64,000 nucleotides of DNA from Takakia lepidozioides. Taxonomy: Eukaryota; Plantae; Bryophyta. The position numbers were made by a program, and so were the translations under genes. The stretch spans positions 63,550,001 through 63,614,000 of the forward strand of contig CM060734.1 of the NCBI GenBank assembly GCA_030704615.1, written 5' to 3'. The first letter of the stretch is position 1. Every line of letters begins with the position of its first letter. A model generated the notes under the pieces. That model worked only from the letters and a program-made list of their open reading frames with translations. It was not told the DNA's origin and ran no database searches. Of this stretch, positions 1 through 11,900 are shown piece by piece.

Positions 1-564
1 GATCTGATTAGAGGGGGAGTATTAGCTGGAGCCTTGTAGCCATAGACTCCAGAGGCTGTTGAGACACAGCAGAAATAGCAGGGGGCTTAAATATGGGTAA
101 TACCATTGCCAGAGTTTCCTGAATATTAAAGTTGATTCTCGCCTTAGAGAGTCTTTTCAGGATTCTGACACAAGGAGCAGCTTTCTATCCAAGCTGTTTG
201 AAAGAGGTGTAGCGAGTTTTATTCTTGGAGCCAGTTGTCTGAAGGATGTTCATTGCATTAGATTAAGGATCCTCTGGTATCCTCAACTGACGGCCCCTTA
301 ATTCTTACTAGTCTCAAACGCTTGCAATGGTAGAGCATATGGAGTTTCCAAAGAGGCAGTGCTCTTCATCCTGATTGGTATGGTCCAGTGCCCATGTCAT
401 CTACGTAGACCATGAGATATCATGAGGCTGTAGAAATGTGATTGGGACTCAGCATGTAGATCTCACCCAGGCTACGCCTAGGTATGGTGAGACCCATAGA
501 TCTAGGGAGATGTGATAGTGGCAGCAGCTGACAGGCCAGTCTATGACATGGGTGGAGTGGACAG

Positions 565-1936
565 GTGGAGAGTGGGGCATATAAGAAGGCCATCCGGAGA
601 GTTGAGGCAGTAGAGGTTCTTCTTGCAGGGCATGCCCTGGCCCAGTCGCCTACACTAGGTCCACGCCTGCGCACTTTTTGCCACAAGGAGGATCTGACTG
701 CATGCATACGCTTGGCACGTAAGGAAGTGCGTGCTGCTTCTACATTGGTATTTAAGGATGAACTAAAGGGGCGACGGCGCGTTCTGCGACGCCTGGGGTA
801 AGTTATTCTGAGATTCTGCACTGTTTTTTCATTGCATTCTTTCCTTTCTAGTGTCATCCATGTGTCGGCAACTTGTATGTGGCCTTCTCTGTATAGAACT
901 GAGGCTATTCCGATGTTTTCTTTTGTCCGTTCGTTGTTCAACAATCGTAACAAGGGAGAGGTTCGCAATAAAGTCTTGACCACTCTCAGATTGCTGTTGT
1001 GCTATGTCATAAGAGTTTGACATGAGAGCTAATTTGCCCGTCTTCCTATTTGCAGGGGTAGATTATGAAAAGGGAGGGATACATTGTTTAAAAGTGGGCA
1101 TATTGTGGATGCGCGCAGTTATTCAACAGCAGACGATGTGGTGGAGCTTAAGGGACGGGTTGCATGTGAGATCAGCAGCGCTGATGAGCTTATACTGACT
1201 GAGCTCATGTTTGGAGGCACACTAAAGGATGCCACTGTGGAGCAGGTTGTGGCGCTGCTGTCCTGCTTTGTGTGGCAGGAAAAGACAAAGAATTTCACCA
1301 AGTTGCGAGAGGACCTTTCTGGCCCCTTCTCTCAATTAAGGGATGTGGCTCGCCAAGTTGGTAAAGTCCAGGTTGAGTGTAAGGTATTTACAACCATCCT
1401 CCCTGTTCTGAGAATCCATTCCTACTTCCCAACATCGTCCATATGGGATGCATAATTGATACTGGTTACATGGCTAGTAATCTTCCTTTCCTCTCAAGTT
1501 TTTTCCTGTTGTAGACAGCTGACTTTGACTGAGTTTGGGTGAATGAGGTGGCAAGTGGGTTGTCTTCAACAGGAGATTTGGGTGTGCACTTGTGTAAGCC
1601 GGAACTAAGGACTTATGATCTAGTTTTAATATGGCTTGAGTGGTGTGGACACAGCAGATGCCCCTCGATGTGGAGGATTATGTGGCCTCATTCCGGCCTG
1701 ATATAATGGAGGTAGTTTATACTTGGTGTAAAGGTGCCAAATTTTTGGAGGTAATGAGAACCACACAAGTGTTTGAGGGTAGCCTTATCCGAGCTCTTAA
1801 GCGTTTAGAGGAGGTGTTGCAGCAGCTGGTGGTGGCATCACGGGCAATTGGTGAGACTGACCTAGAATTAAAGTTTGAGGACGGAATAGTTAAGATCAAA
1901 AGAGATATTGTATTTGCAGCTTCATTGTATTTATAA
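565..1936 (+). CDS. MTR4: Ski2-like DExH RNA helicase MTR4, last three coding exons (565-797, 1119-1383, 1658-1936); upstream exons not identified
   Basis: Exons join in frame through GT-AG sites to give [40 protein letters not shown]...FEGSLIRALKRLEEVL...KRDIVFAASLYL*. This is the DSHCT domain, and the C-terminus matches MTR4 rather than HEN2 (ANSLYL). Confidence 0.92.
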
Positions 1937-1989
1937 AATACATCCATCCAATGGATCAGCAAATACTTGGCAGGTGTTGGATATCTGAG

Positions 1990-2270
1990 CAGTGTTTTTT
2001 CATATTTCCAAAATCGCTGGCGGGGCCCCCTGTGGATTCCACGTAGTGCCCATGTGGGGGAGAATATCGAGATGGCAAAGTTAGAAATGTGGCTATATTC
2101 CAGGTGTCATGTTTTCATTGGTCCACGTCGGCAAGATTAGGTTCCTGAAATTTATCTCCTGGTGCTTTTTGGCGAAAATCTTAGTTTTTCCCCATAATTC
2201 CTTTATACTAGTAGCTGACCGAGTTTCCAGGTCGAAATCTGGCGATTTTTCGCCAGAAAGAAAAACACTG
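1990..2270. mobile_element. hAT-type MITE (281 bp) just downstream of the MTR4 stop codon
   Basis: TIR CAGTGTTTTT (1990-1999) / AAAAACACTG (2261-2270), flanked by an exact 8-bp TSD TATCTGAG (1982-1989, 2271-2278). Confidence 0.88.
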
Positions 2271-2591
2271 TATCTGAGTGATGCACCTCACAATTCAGCA
2301 CAACTAGCTTGGTGAGCACAGCAGGCTACAAAAAGCTTGGAAGTTGACTAATGTGAAGGGACATTTTCAGGTTGAACACTTTCTACCTTCGAATGTTCCA
2401 TAAAAGATGTCGACATTGAAACTTGTGAATAGACCTGGGCATGGTTTGAATCCAAGATCAACTGTTGAATGGCACTCACTGCTCAATCCAACCTACTAGC
2501 TATCAATCTGTACATGGAGAAAGCCCCATCCCTGGGGTCCTAGTTTCAAATCTTCAGTATGCCGCTTTTGAAGGATAGACTCCTCATACAG

Positions 2592-2675
2592 GGCCCACCC
2601 TCGAAAGGGTGGGCCTTAAGGTACTAAGCCGGCTCTGGCCGGACGCCCTCTCTCTCTCTCTCTCTCTCTCTCTCT
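2592..2675 (+). repeat. GC-rich hairpin followed by a (CT)14 microsatellite
   Basis: GGCCCACCCT-CGAA-AGGGTGGGCC stem-loop, then CCGGC..GCCGG, then the (CT)n tract at 2648-2675. Confidence 0.7.
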
Positions 2676-3191
2676 AGCTAAGGCACTTCTCAAGAAGATT
2701 CCTGATATACAGACCTGCCCAGGGTGGGAGCACAAGGGCAGCTCCCGCTTCGAAAATTATGAAATCTTCTCGAGGGCAGGTGCCTTACACTGCTGTGGAA
2801 ACCTGCGACTTTTTTATCTCACATCATTTTAAATTAATCTCTTCCCAAAGTCAATACCTTGTAATCAGTGGTTCCATCTTCTTGCACAGTGCAATTGCCT
2901 GCAACCAAAATTCCATCTCCTGCCCAATATCGTGGAGGTCACTGCAAAATAATGCCCTAAAAAGAATGAATGAAAATAACCAGCAGGTTTCTACAATGCT
3001 CTGAAAGGGTTCCCACACAGATGCATCAACTAAATAAGCCCCCCAAGTTTGGGTGGGCCCTGTTCATTCTAGAGTGGTCCAGGAATTAGGGTGGCCTAGG
3101 AATTAGAGTGGTATAATAAGGCCACGTGTATTAAAGAATGAAATGAAGGGGTCCAAAAAAAGAAGGCAAGAACGTAATGCTTATTAAATAG

Positions 3192-3523
3192 GGGATGGTT
3201 GAGGCCAATTTGGGTAGTTAGGGTACAGGTGTTAAGTGGTGGGAGTAGGCCTGATTAGGGTCTCACATGTGTCCCACCCTTCTAGAAGGTCCCACCGCTT
3301 GAGGGGTGGCTTCTAGAAGGGATGGTTGAGGCCAATTTGGGTAGTTAGGGTACAGGTGTTAAGTGGTGGGAGTAGGCCTGATTAGGGTCTCACATGTGTC
3401 CCACCCTTCTAGAAGGTCCTACCGCTTGAGGGGTGGCTTCTAGAAGGGTCCCACCGCCCGTGTCCCACCCTTCTAGAAGGTCCCACTGCTTGAGGGGTGG
3501 CTTCTAGAAGGGTCCCACCGCCC
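3192..3523. repeat. Tandem duplication (~126-bp unit x2) plus shorter CCCACCCTTCTAGAAGG repeats
   Basis: GGATGGTTGAGGCCAATTTGGG... occurs at ~3193 and ~3319. The third partial unit repeats the CTTCTAGAAG palindrome block. Confidence 0.85.
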
Positions 3524-5099
3524 TCAGAGGGTATGTAAAGGAGAGGGGGGCACTCTTCCTACTTACTAACTAATTACTTACTAATTTAGTACCTAGGGGG
3601 CCCTTGCACACGCAGGCCCCAAAAGAAAAGCAAACAAAGAACCATAGATGTATTAATTAATAGAAACAGTAAGCCCCACAAGTTGGTGTGGGCTCTATCC
3701 ATTAAAGGATGGTCCAGGAATTAGAAAGAGGAGATATATACTAAGGCATAGAGGGATTTGAAGAAATAACCCTTGTGTAAGGGGGTCCAAAAAAAGACCG
3801 TAGGAAGGCGACATCTTTTTCTAGAACAATTGATTCTAAAACAATCAACACATGTTGCAGCCCACACGTATGTGCCTAAACCATCCTCCATTGCATGGGT
3901 AGCGTACTTGGGGACACCCTTTAATGAGGACATAGTAGTCACATGAGGTGTTCGAGCCCCATCCTCACAGGTATCATACGCACATGTTCCAGCCACGAGG
4001 CTTCCTGAAAAGCCATCGTGCTTGAGACCCTTGCAGGTAATTTTGTACCAAACGCTTCCCAGCATAGGTACAGACAATGAGATAGAAGAAACTACATCTT
4101 GTCCACTGAACGTCATGGCAAACACGTTATTCTGGATTAAGCCTACAACCCAATTTTAACTAATTCTGGACTTTTGTTTGGTCCAGAAATAATATGAGAT
4201 ATATGAGTGAATATAGTTTTAAATAGAAATATAGAAATATATACAATTGTTTGGCTATTTATGTACAATATAACCATGTTATAATAATCCTCCACACATT
4301 TTTTGGAAAAACATAAATATGTATTGTGGTCTTAGAGCAACTCTTCACAACCAATTTGACGTTCATGAAGAGTTGAATGAGAGAATTGGGAGGATGCAAT
4401 GAATTAAACCATGATTTGAGGTCAGAACGTTTTGCACAAAATAGCTACCAATACCGATGACATACAAAATCAAACATGGAACAATCATGGCATGTAATGA
4501 AAAGGAGGACATGAAAGAAGGAGTCTGCGGAGACATTGATGATGAACATTCATATTTTATTTGAGATTGTAATAACCCTGGCAATGGACCAATACAAAAA
4601 ATAACCTCGATTGTCTATCCGTTAATGGACTTAATGTTATCCATATTCTGGAAGCCATATGGCGACTTACACTAACTCATTAATAATACAAAGTCTCCTC
4701 CCAAACGCGGAGTCATTGGCATGTGTTCAAGGACGCCTCTAGTTACCACAACCACTTGCAACGGTATCCGCACCAAAAGAAACAGAAATATTCCAAAAAA
4801 CTGAAACCCAATATTATCATCCAAAATGTTACTTGTAACTTTATTTGATGATTTTGATGCCCTTGAAGCCTCCGGGGACTTCCGCCATTCTTCTCAATCA
4901 CGAAGCCCTTCTTTCTCCTTTCGAATTCGATCCTTGAATATTACTCGGGTAAAGCCAAATGTTAGGCCGAATCCGGAAGATTTGTAGAATGAAAATATAT
5001 TAAGGTGAAACTGCAAGTGTAAGACAATTTTAACATCAAATCCTCGAATAAACAATAAAATAGTAGGATAAATACAAGGTAATCAGGTTCTTTTTGCAA

Positions 5100-5420
5100 A
5101 CACGAGGATCGACATATCTTCCATACCAAGCCCAATAGGCATGGTCGCGACCAATAGCCCTATAAGAACATTTTGCAAGGTTATCATTGACGTAATCAAC
5201 GACAGTTGAAGCTCCAACCATCTCCGATATATATGGCCCACTGCTTTTGTCATATCATCCTGGTCACCCAAGGCCTTTGAATGAGAAAGTATTTTGTGGG
5301 TTTCGGAGGCCATTTGATGGCTCATCGTCCACAAGGAATATTTGCCCCTGTCTCTCAACGAATCCTGCTAGTTCTAGTATAATTAGGTAGGGTCCCTCTG
5401 CGCATGAGTCCCAGTCAACA
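5100..5420 (-). pseudogene. FCP1/NIF-like HAD phosphatase C-terminal fragment (frameshifted)
   Basis: IFLVDDEPSNGLRNPQNTF resembles the NIF LLVDDSPxKxxxNPxNT motif. Downstream, GASTVVDYVNDN...RAIGRDHAYWAWY resembles the plant FCP1-like C-terminus. The fragment is spread over three frames. Confidence 0.5.
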
Positions 5421-5579
5421 CAGCCAAAGACATTGTCTCTTTCCCGGGCCATGGGGGAGATGACAGTCCACGACATGAGGCCTAGACCAATTAATCCTGG
5501 GACTGATTTTGTGAGGCCAGAGTACAATGAACATGTGAGCTATGGGCATATTAATTCGAATGTCTGTAAATCCAAATGC

Positions 5580-6612
5580 TGATCAATTGTATACGGTTGC
5601 TCAAGTGGTAACACACCTTTATCCAGAGTATAGAATGGGGACCAAAATAGAGAACTACCTACAAATGTTTGAAATAACGGTTGGTATGAACAAGACCACA
5701 GAAGAAGTTAAATGTGAACCTTTCACATGAGCATACAAGGGGAAACGCGGGATCTCCTCCATACTGCTTTGAATGGAAAACTAGACTTGAATTGAGAGAA
5801 AATTAAAAAGAATGTGCTTAGGATATTCAAACCTACAAAGAGACCTTTGGATAGTCTTGACAAATTGTGAGATCAACCATACAGTGAGTAGCTTTTGTTT
5901 TTTCGAGATTTATCACCCCTGTCAAGGACGAAAAATCTGAATTAATTTTAATGCAACAATTGTTCCAGGTTCAGTAGAGGATGTACAATGAGATCCAACA
6001 GCACGTCCAGGTGCAAAACAAGATAAGACAAGATATCCAAAGATCTCCATGAAATGAGCAAACGTGCAGAATGACTGTTTTTGATTTGATCAATAATGAA
6101 CCCCCATATGTTTTATCAGCTGCAGATTCACAGTAGGGTGGACGCTATGTTGTGGGCGCGTCCCCTCCTAATACTCGACTGCGGCAAACTCCCCAGGCAA
6201 CAAATGTTGGAAGGAAGTTTTAGATATGGATTTCCCCCTTCCACTTTTCGTGATCACATTGGAGACCCAAGAGTCATGGATATGGCTATCAAGGCCAAGA
6301 TGACTGTCAGAGAATTTGTTGTTATGGCTCCCCAGGCAACAAATGTTGGAAGGAAGTTTTAGATCTGGATTTCCCCCTTCCACTTTTCGTGATCACATTG
6401 GAGACCCAAGAGTCATGGATATGGCTATCAAGGCCAAGATGACTGTCAGAGAATTTGTTGTTATGGCGGATGCTGTGGTCAACGAGCGACATGGTGTCGC
6501 TCAATTCCGGTTTGATGAAAAAAACCAGTTGACCGGCGATGCCCTGCTTACGATCAAGAGAATTACCGAGCTTAAGCGCATAATAGGTGCATATTTGGGG
6601 GCAAAAACTTGA
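5580..6612 (+). pseudogene. Possible decayed Gag/capsid-like ORF containing a 139-bp tandem duplication (6189-6327, 6328-6466)
   Basis: The duplication is seen directly. Gag similarity is weak and pattern-level only (IENYLQMFE; N*EKIKKNVLRIF; FRSGFPPSTFRDHI..TVREFVVMA). Confidence 0.3.
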
Positions 6613-8208
6613 GCGTCGTAATTTTCACGTCTCCAGCTACGTTGACAATTCTATGACCCGAAAAATTATCCACCAGAAGCAAAATTTTCTCTTTGCCGGC
6701 TGCACATATTCTCTTCTCGAAATCCAATAGAATTTTTTCAAACAAGAGAATTGCCATCCATGCTAAGTTGCTATTTGCAGACCACGTGACGATTAGATTT
6801 TCCGGGTTTGGAAAATTCCTCCTTGAATACTGTAGGTCGAGCATGCTTGTAAATCACAAAAGCTGGCAATTTGAAACTACCATCTGCGTTTGACGTGAGA
6901 GCAATTGTGATTCTCTCTTTGATTTTGTTTTCCCCCCAGAGTCTACGGGTAGCAAGCGTCTGATTCGGCTCAAACCTGAAAAAACAAACCTATCTCATCC
7001 ATATTGGAAACATCAAAAGGATGGTGCCTGGAGACTATGTCCTTGACTTCTTGAATGCGGGCTGTAGTCTTGGGAGACGTGTCTGCAAATCCCGCTTCCC
7101 GGCTCGTGTCTTGTAAATCCTCGGATTTTATATCTTTTCTTGAACCCCTATACCGAACCATGAGAAAATGAGTGCTCCTTCCTTCCATGCTCTCTTGGGA
7201 TTCGAGCATAGAATCGGTTGGCTGCTGCACAGAGAAGGTCGTCGGACAGTGTAGCCAACTTCCCTTGCATAGCTAAAAACCAGGCATGTGTAGCTTCTTC
7301 CACCTACAGACATAATACTTTTCTAATACTCGAGGATAAGGTTTCAGATCGGTCCTTCCCATATGGAAGGACTAGTTTTTTAGAAGCGTGCAAATAGTCA
7401 TCTTAAATACAGAAGTTTAAAGCTTCTCGTTCACCCACATTGTAAGAGCTCTATTAGACATATGATTACTCTCATGATAGGCTAAAATTTCTATTCTCTC
7501 TTTGTTTGTGATTTGTGTTCCCAGCTTGATTAATCACTTGGCATCTAACTTATTAGTACAATACATATGTGTACTCATACGTGGGTAGGCCTACGTATCA
7601 ACAACCAAAAAGCGAACTGTGTACTTCAAGAAAATTTAAAACTATACTCGCTAGAAGACGTATCCATGCTTTCACTATCAGCGTTTGACTGCTCCAGGTC
7701 TGATTTTGATTCTCGAGACTCCAACTCACAAGTGCACATCCATAATGACATTGCTTTGTAATTTTGGGGACACTTAGCTTCTTCCTGATCGCAAAATCCA
7801 GCTAGATTTCTGGTGCACTCTAACTTACATGACTAAGGCACGATCTTGATACCATCTACTTTCAAAACATCTAATACAAGTACAACTACCACATATGTGG
7901 TCTGGTCTCGCAAAAACAACCTCCATGTCAAGTGTCGTGGAACATACCCTTGACTTGTATCAATGTATTCGCTTCTGATTTGATCTACCTGCTTACTTTC
8001 TAGTCTCCTGATTGGTTTTGTTTTAGGATGTAATCTAATCATATTCTAATCTAGTTGGGACTTATAATTATGTATTGAGGGCAAGTTAACAAAGTGGGGA
8101 GTAAGCAATTGTTAGTAACATTTGCTAGTGTGCACAAGTAGGGGAGTAAAATTTTCTTAACATTTATGTTTAACATTTATAGAGGTAACCTTTATCCAGG
8201 GCAGACTG
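6590..8208 (-). mobile_element. Decayed pogo/Tigger-like (DDE_1, CENP-B-type) transposon fragment
   Basis: Motifs NMDEIGLFF (D1) and KILLLVDNFSGH...LKFLPPN (D2) at 6590-7230. A candidate pogo-like terminus TATAGAGGT...ACTG|TA ends at 8208. The other end was not found. Confidence 0.7.
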
Positions 8209-8974
8209 TACTAGGTCTATGTTTTAAATATGCACTGTCTGTTTGTGTATTTCCATTCTTGCATCTCTAAAGCCTTTCTAAGGCTTTAACAAGAAAGTAC
8301 AGTAGCAGCAGTTTGCATCATGAAAATGAAGATGTGAGCATTCATAGCTCCCATTGCAAGGATATAATTTCTCTGCATTTTTTAATTCAATTCGGTGGTT
8401 CCATCCTATGTGGGTTTTGAAGCCAGACATGTGTATTGGAAACTAAAGGCTCTGTCCAATTATGCTTCAAAAGCTAAAAGCTGTAGTGCAAAATCATTTT
8501 GCTCTGCCTTTTGGGAAAAGAGGAGTAAGAGTATTTCTTTCAGAAAATTTTCCAAACACACATTAACCTGTACCAACTGACACATTACTGCCACTACATT
8601 AATATTAACTTCCACAGTGCGATACAGAATGTCTGCAACCTTGCCAACCCCTGAACAGTTAGATAGTAGCAGAGCTGATATTGTAGACCAACTGCAGACC
8701 AGAGTGCTTGGATGTGATCAACTCCTCAGAGGCATCTCCCAGTTTTGGCCATCACAGATACCAACAGAACCCCAAGCAGGGAGGAACATTACAGCCTAGA
8801 CAGCCTTTTGTCTCGGTTTTATGCATGAACTCTCTGCTTAGTGGGAAGGTACTGTCCATGCACAAGTAGATGAAGCAGACAGTCTTACATTAGATGCCTG
8901 AACTATGTGCTTGGTTTGGTGGAAAGGTATTGTGCATGCGGATGTTGGTGAAGCAGATACTCTTGATATTCAGA

Positions 8975-11900
8975 TCAGGGAAACTTGATGGGGGCCTGCT
9001 GCAACGCTTTTTGAACCAACTCACTTTGCTCCTGCTTGTGCACACTTCCAAATCCAGTTGCAGTGGCAGCAGCTGGAGCCCGTCCCACATACTTGACATC
9101 CTCATATCGCCCACGACCCAGGCTGATGAAGGTGGTGGCCAGGCGGGGTGCAATGTAGGAGAATGCACCCATATTCATTGGCTCCTCCTGCACCCATGCT
9201 ATTTCGGCATCTGGACAAGTTCCCACCAGCCCTTTGTCAAACGAAGATAGTGCCTACACTTCACATCATTAAGGGCAGGGAGAATGAAAGAACATGGCAG
9301 TCAACTAGTTTACAATCAATCTGCAGCGGGCATGGACGGGATAGAAATGCACAGACAAAGTTCACGTACTCTATGTGCCTTTATTGCTCGTTCGCAAATT
9401 GGCATAGAAAGATGGGACACAAGGAAAAAATGAGAGAGGGAGAGAGTACTTGGGTAGCGCTTGAGCTCGCGAATAACAAGATTGTAAGGGAAGGGGCAAA
9501 GCTGCTCCACACGACAGATGGCAACATCATTGGCACCCACCCTCTTTCGCTCCTCATCCAGCTCATAGTACACCTGATACATCCCATCCATGCACCTCCT
9601 AATGATGTCCACCGGGCAACACCTTGCTATACCACCATATCAAACACAAGCCTTTCTTAAATAAGCCTGTCTTCACCAAGCATATAAGGCTACTTTACAT
9701 GGTGTTACCCTCACCCACAAAGGCATGCATTCCATCACGGAGTCTAGATGACAACAAAAGAGAAAGGACACGTGGGAGTACCTTGCCAGAGCAGAGAACA
9801 AGTCGGCGGATGCCCTCCTCACAAGAAGAGTGATCATTTGTATCTTTGATCAAGCGCTTAAACCGGGTGCCCTGTTTGTCGAAGCCTGGGTGGCCCTCCA
9901 CATCATCAAACTCAGACAAACTAGAACGACATGCCTGATGTCGCAGCAGGTTCTTGGGTGACATAACTATCAGAGGTTTCCGGAAGTCCCTGTGTATCTG
10001 CACCCAATCCAACATAACCTTTAGACCTTCCGAAAACCAAGTCCCCCTCCCCCTCATGTCACTTACTGGATCCAGTTGTACGCAGCCATAGATCATGTTG
10101 TCACTATCCCTCTAGCCCAGGGAGAAAACCCTGCCAGGACAGACACACTCACAAAGCAGGAGCCATATAGTCCTCACACTGCCAACAGATATTTTGGATG
10201 AGGATAGTTGCTCGAGTCACATATCTTAATCTGGAAATATGTTTTGAAAATCAGACCACTAAGACAAGAAGATAAGAATATTCACCAATGCATAACGTGA
10301 CAGTATGCCTTCATCAGCACTAAGTCAGGTCCACACTCACTCACAGCACCTATGTACACTGCCAAAAACTGAAGAACGATGAGTTAGACCAGAAAACATG
10401 CCTGGCGTCGAAGGACATGGAAATAATTGGCAGGTGTGGTAACATTGACCACCTGCCAGTTCACCTCCTGGATCTGGCGTCTCAGACTTGGATCCATTTC
10501 GGGTATTACATACGGATTGTCATCGCTCATCTGCATCCAAGTTTAAACTCACTGTAACGACTCTAGAAACGTTTTTTTCTTTTTACCTCCCTCCAAAACA
10601 GAATTATAGGAATGACAGGTCCTCCTTCTCTCATAACAGGATTTGTAGTACTGATCAAACTGATGATAAAATGCCAAAAACTCGGTAGTTTATTGAGATC
10701 TGTGTGCACCTATGGCCGCCTTTCTAACTCTACCATCATAGACAGGACTTCCAATTGAAGTAGATGAGTAATACCATGGTCACCAGCACGTATTTTACTG
10801 GTCAAACGTCATCTGCAACCTACCTGAAGGAACCGCTCTAAGCGGGCACTTGAATGTTCAGGCCCTTGTCCATCATAGCCATGAGGTAGCAAGCACACTA
10901 AACCTGCCTGGCGCAGCCATTTGGACTCCCCACTGCTCAGAAACTGATCAAACATAACCTGCGCACCGTTGGCAAAGTCGCCAAACTGGGCCTCCCAACA
11001 CACTAACGAGTTTGGATTCTCCATCGAATAGCCCAACTCAAAACCCAGCACCCCAAACTCTGAGAGGGAACTGCATCCCACTTCCACACCCATCAATCAC
11101 AAACCCCTGCAGTGTCTTGCCACATGAAATAAAGAAACATACTCATAAGACGTTGTTTGAAGTGGACTTGTGGCCATACACACCCCGTGCCCAGTTTGGA
11201 TGGCAACATAGGGAAGTGCCCACTACCTTTGTGAGGGCACGTGAGATATAAATATATATACATATATATGTATAAATAGAGGGAGAGAGAGAGAGAGAAT
11301 GTACTCATAAGACGTTGTTTGCCATAGCCTTGTGGCTATTGACCCCACGCCCAGTTTGAGCGGAACAGAGATTGTACTCATAAAACATTGTTTGCCGTAG
11401 CCTTGTGGCCATTGACCCCGCACCCAGTTTGAATGGAACATAAAGGGACAGAAACTACCTTTGTCAGGGGCTGACGCTGGTAGTATGATTTACCTTGGAA
11501 TAAACAGTTGATCTGAGATTTCCATATATCCTCCAGAAATCCCTTCACACAAGCATCAATCTGCTGTGTGTGATTTGCCCCCCAAAAGGGCTGGGCTTGT
11601 GGCTCAGCCTCAAGATTTTCAAAGTTGTTAAACAGAGGTACAGGCACAACGGGCACACACAACGGGCACTTACAATCCCCCTTTCCTCTCTGCGACTGTT
11701 TGTTGTTCAAAGGTAGGCTACCCGCCCTGAGTTTGAATTTCAGTCTAGAGCCGAGGGTGGGTAGACGCTTGAGGTCATCCATGATGGCCTCACCCATGTC
11801 ACAGACTGGAAACAGGTTGAGGGAAGTTTTCTGCCTAACTTCATTTTCTTCAGACAATTTCCTGGCAATAGACAAAGCTTCGGAAACTTCAGCTTCTAAG

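Noticed and set aside
420-983. 187-aa minus-strand ORF
   Set aside because: It is antisense to an MTR4 exon and has no domain signal; a shadow ORF.
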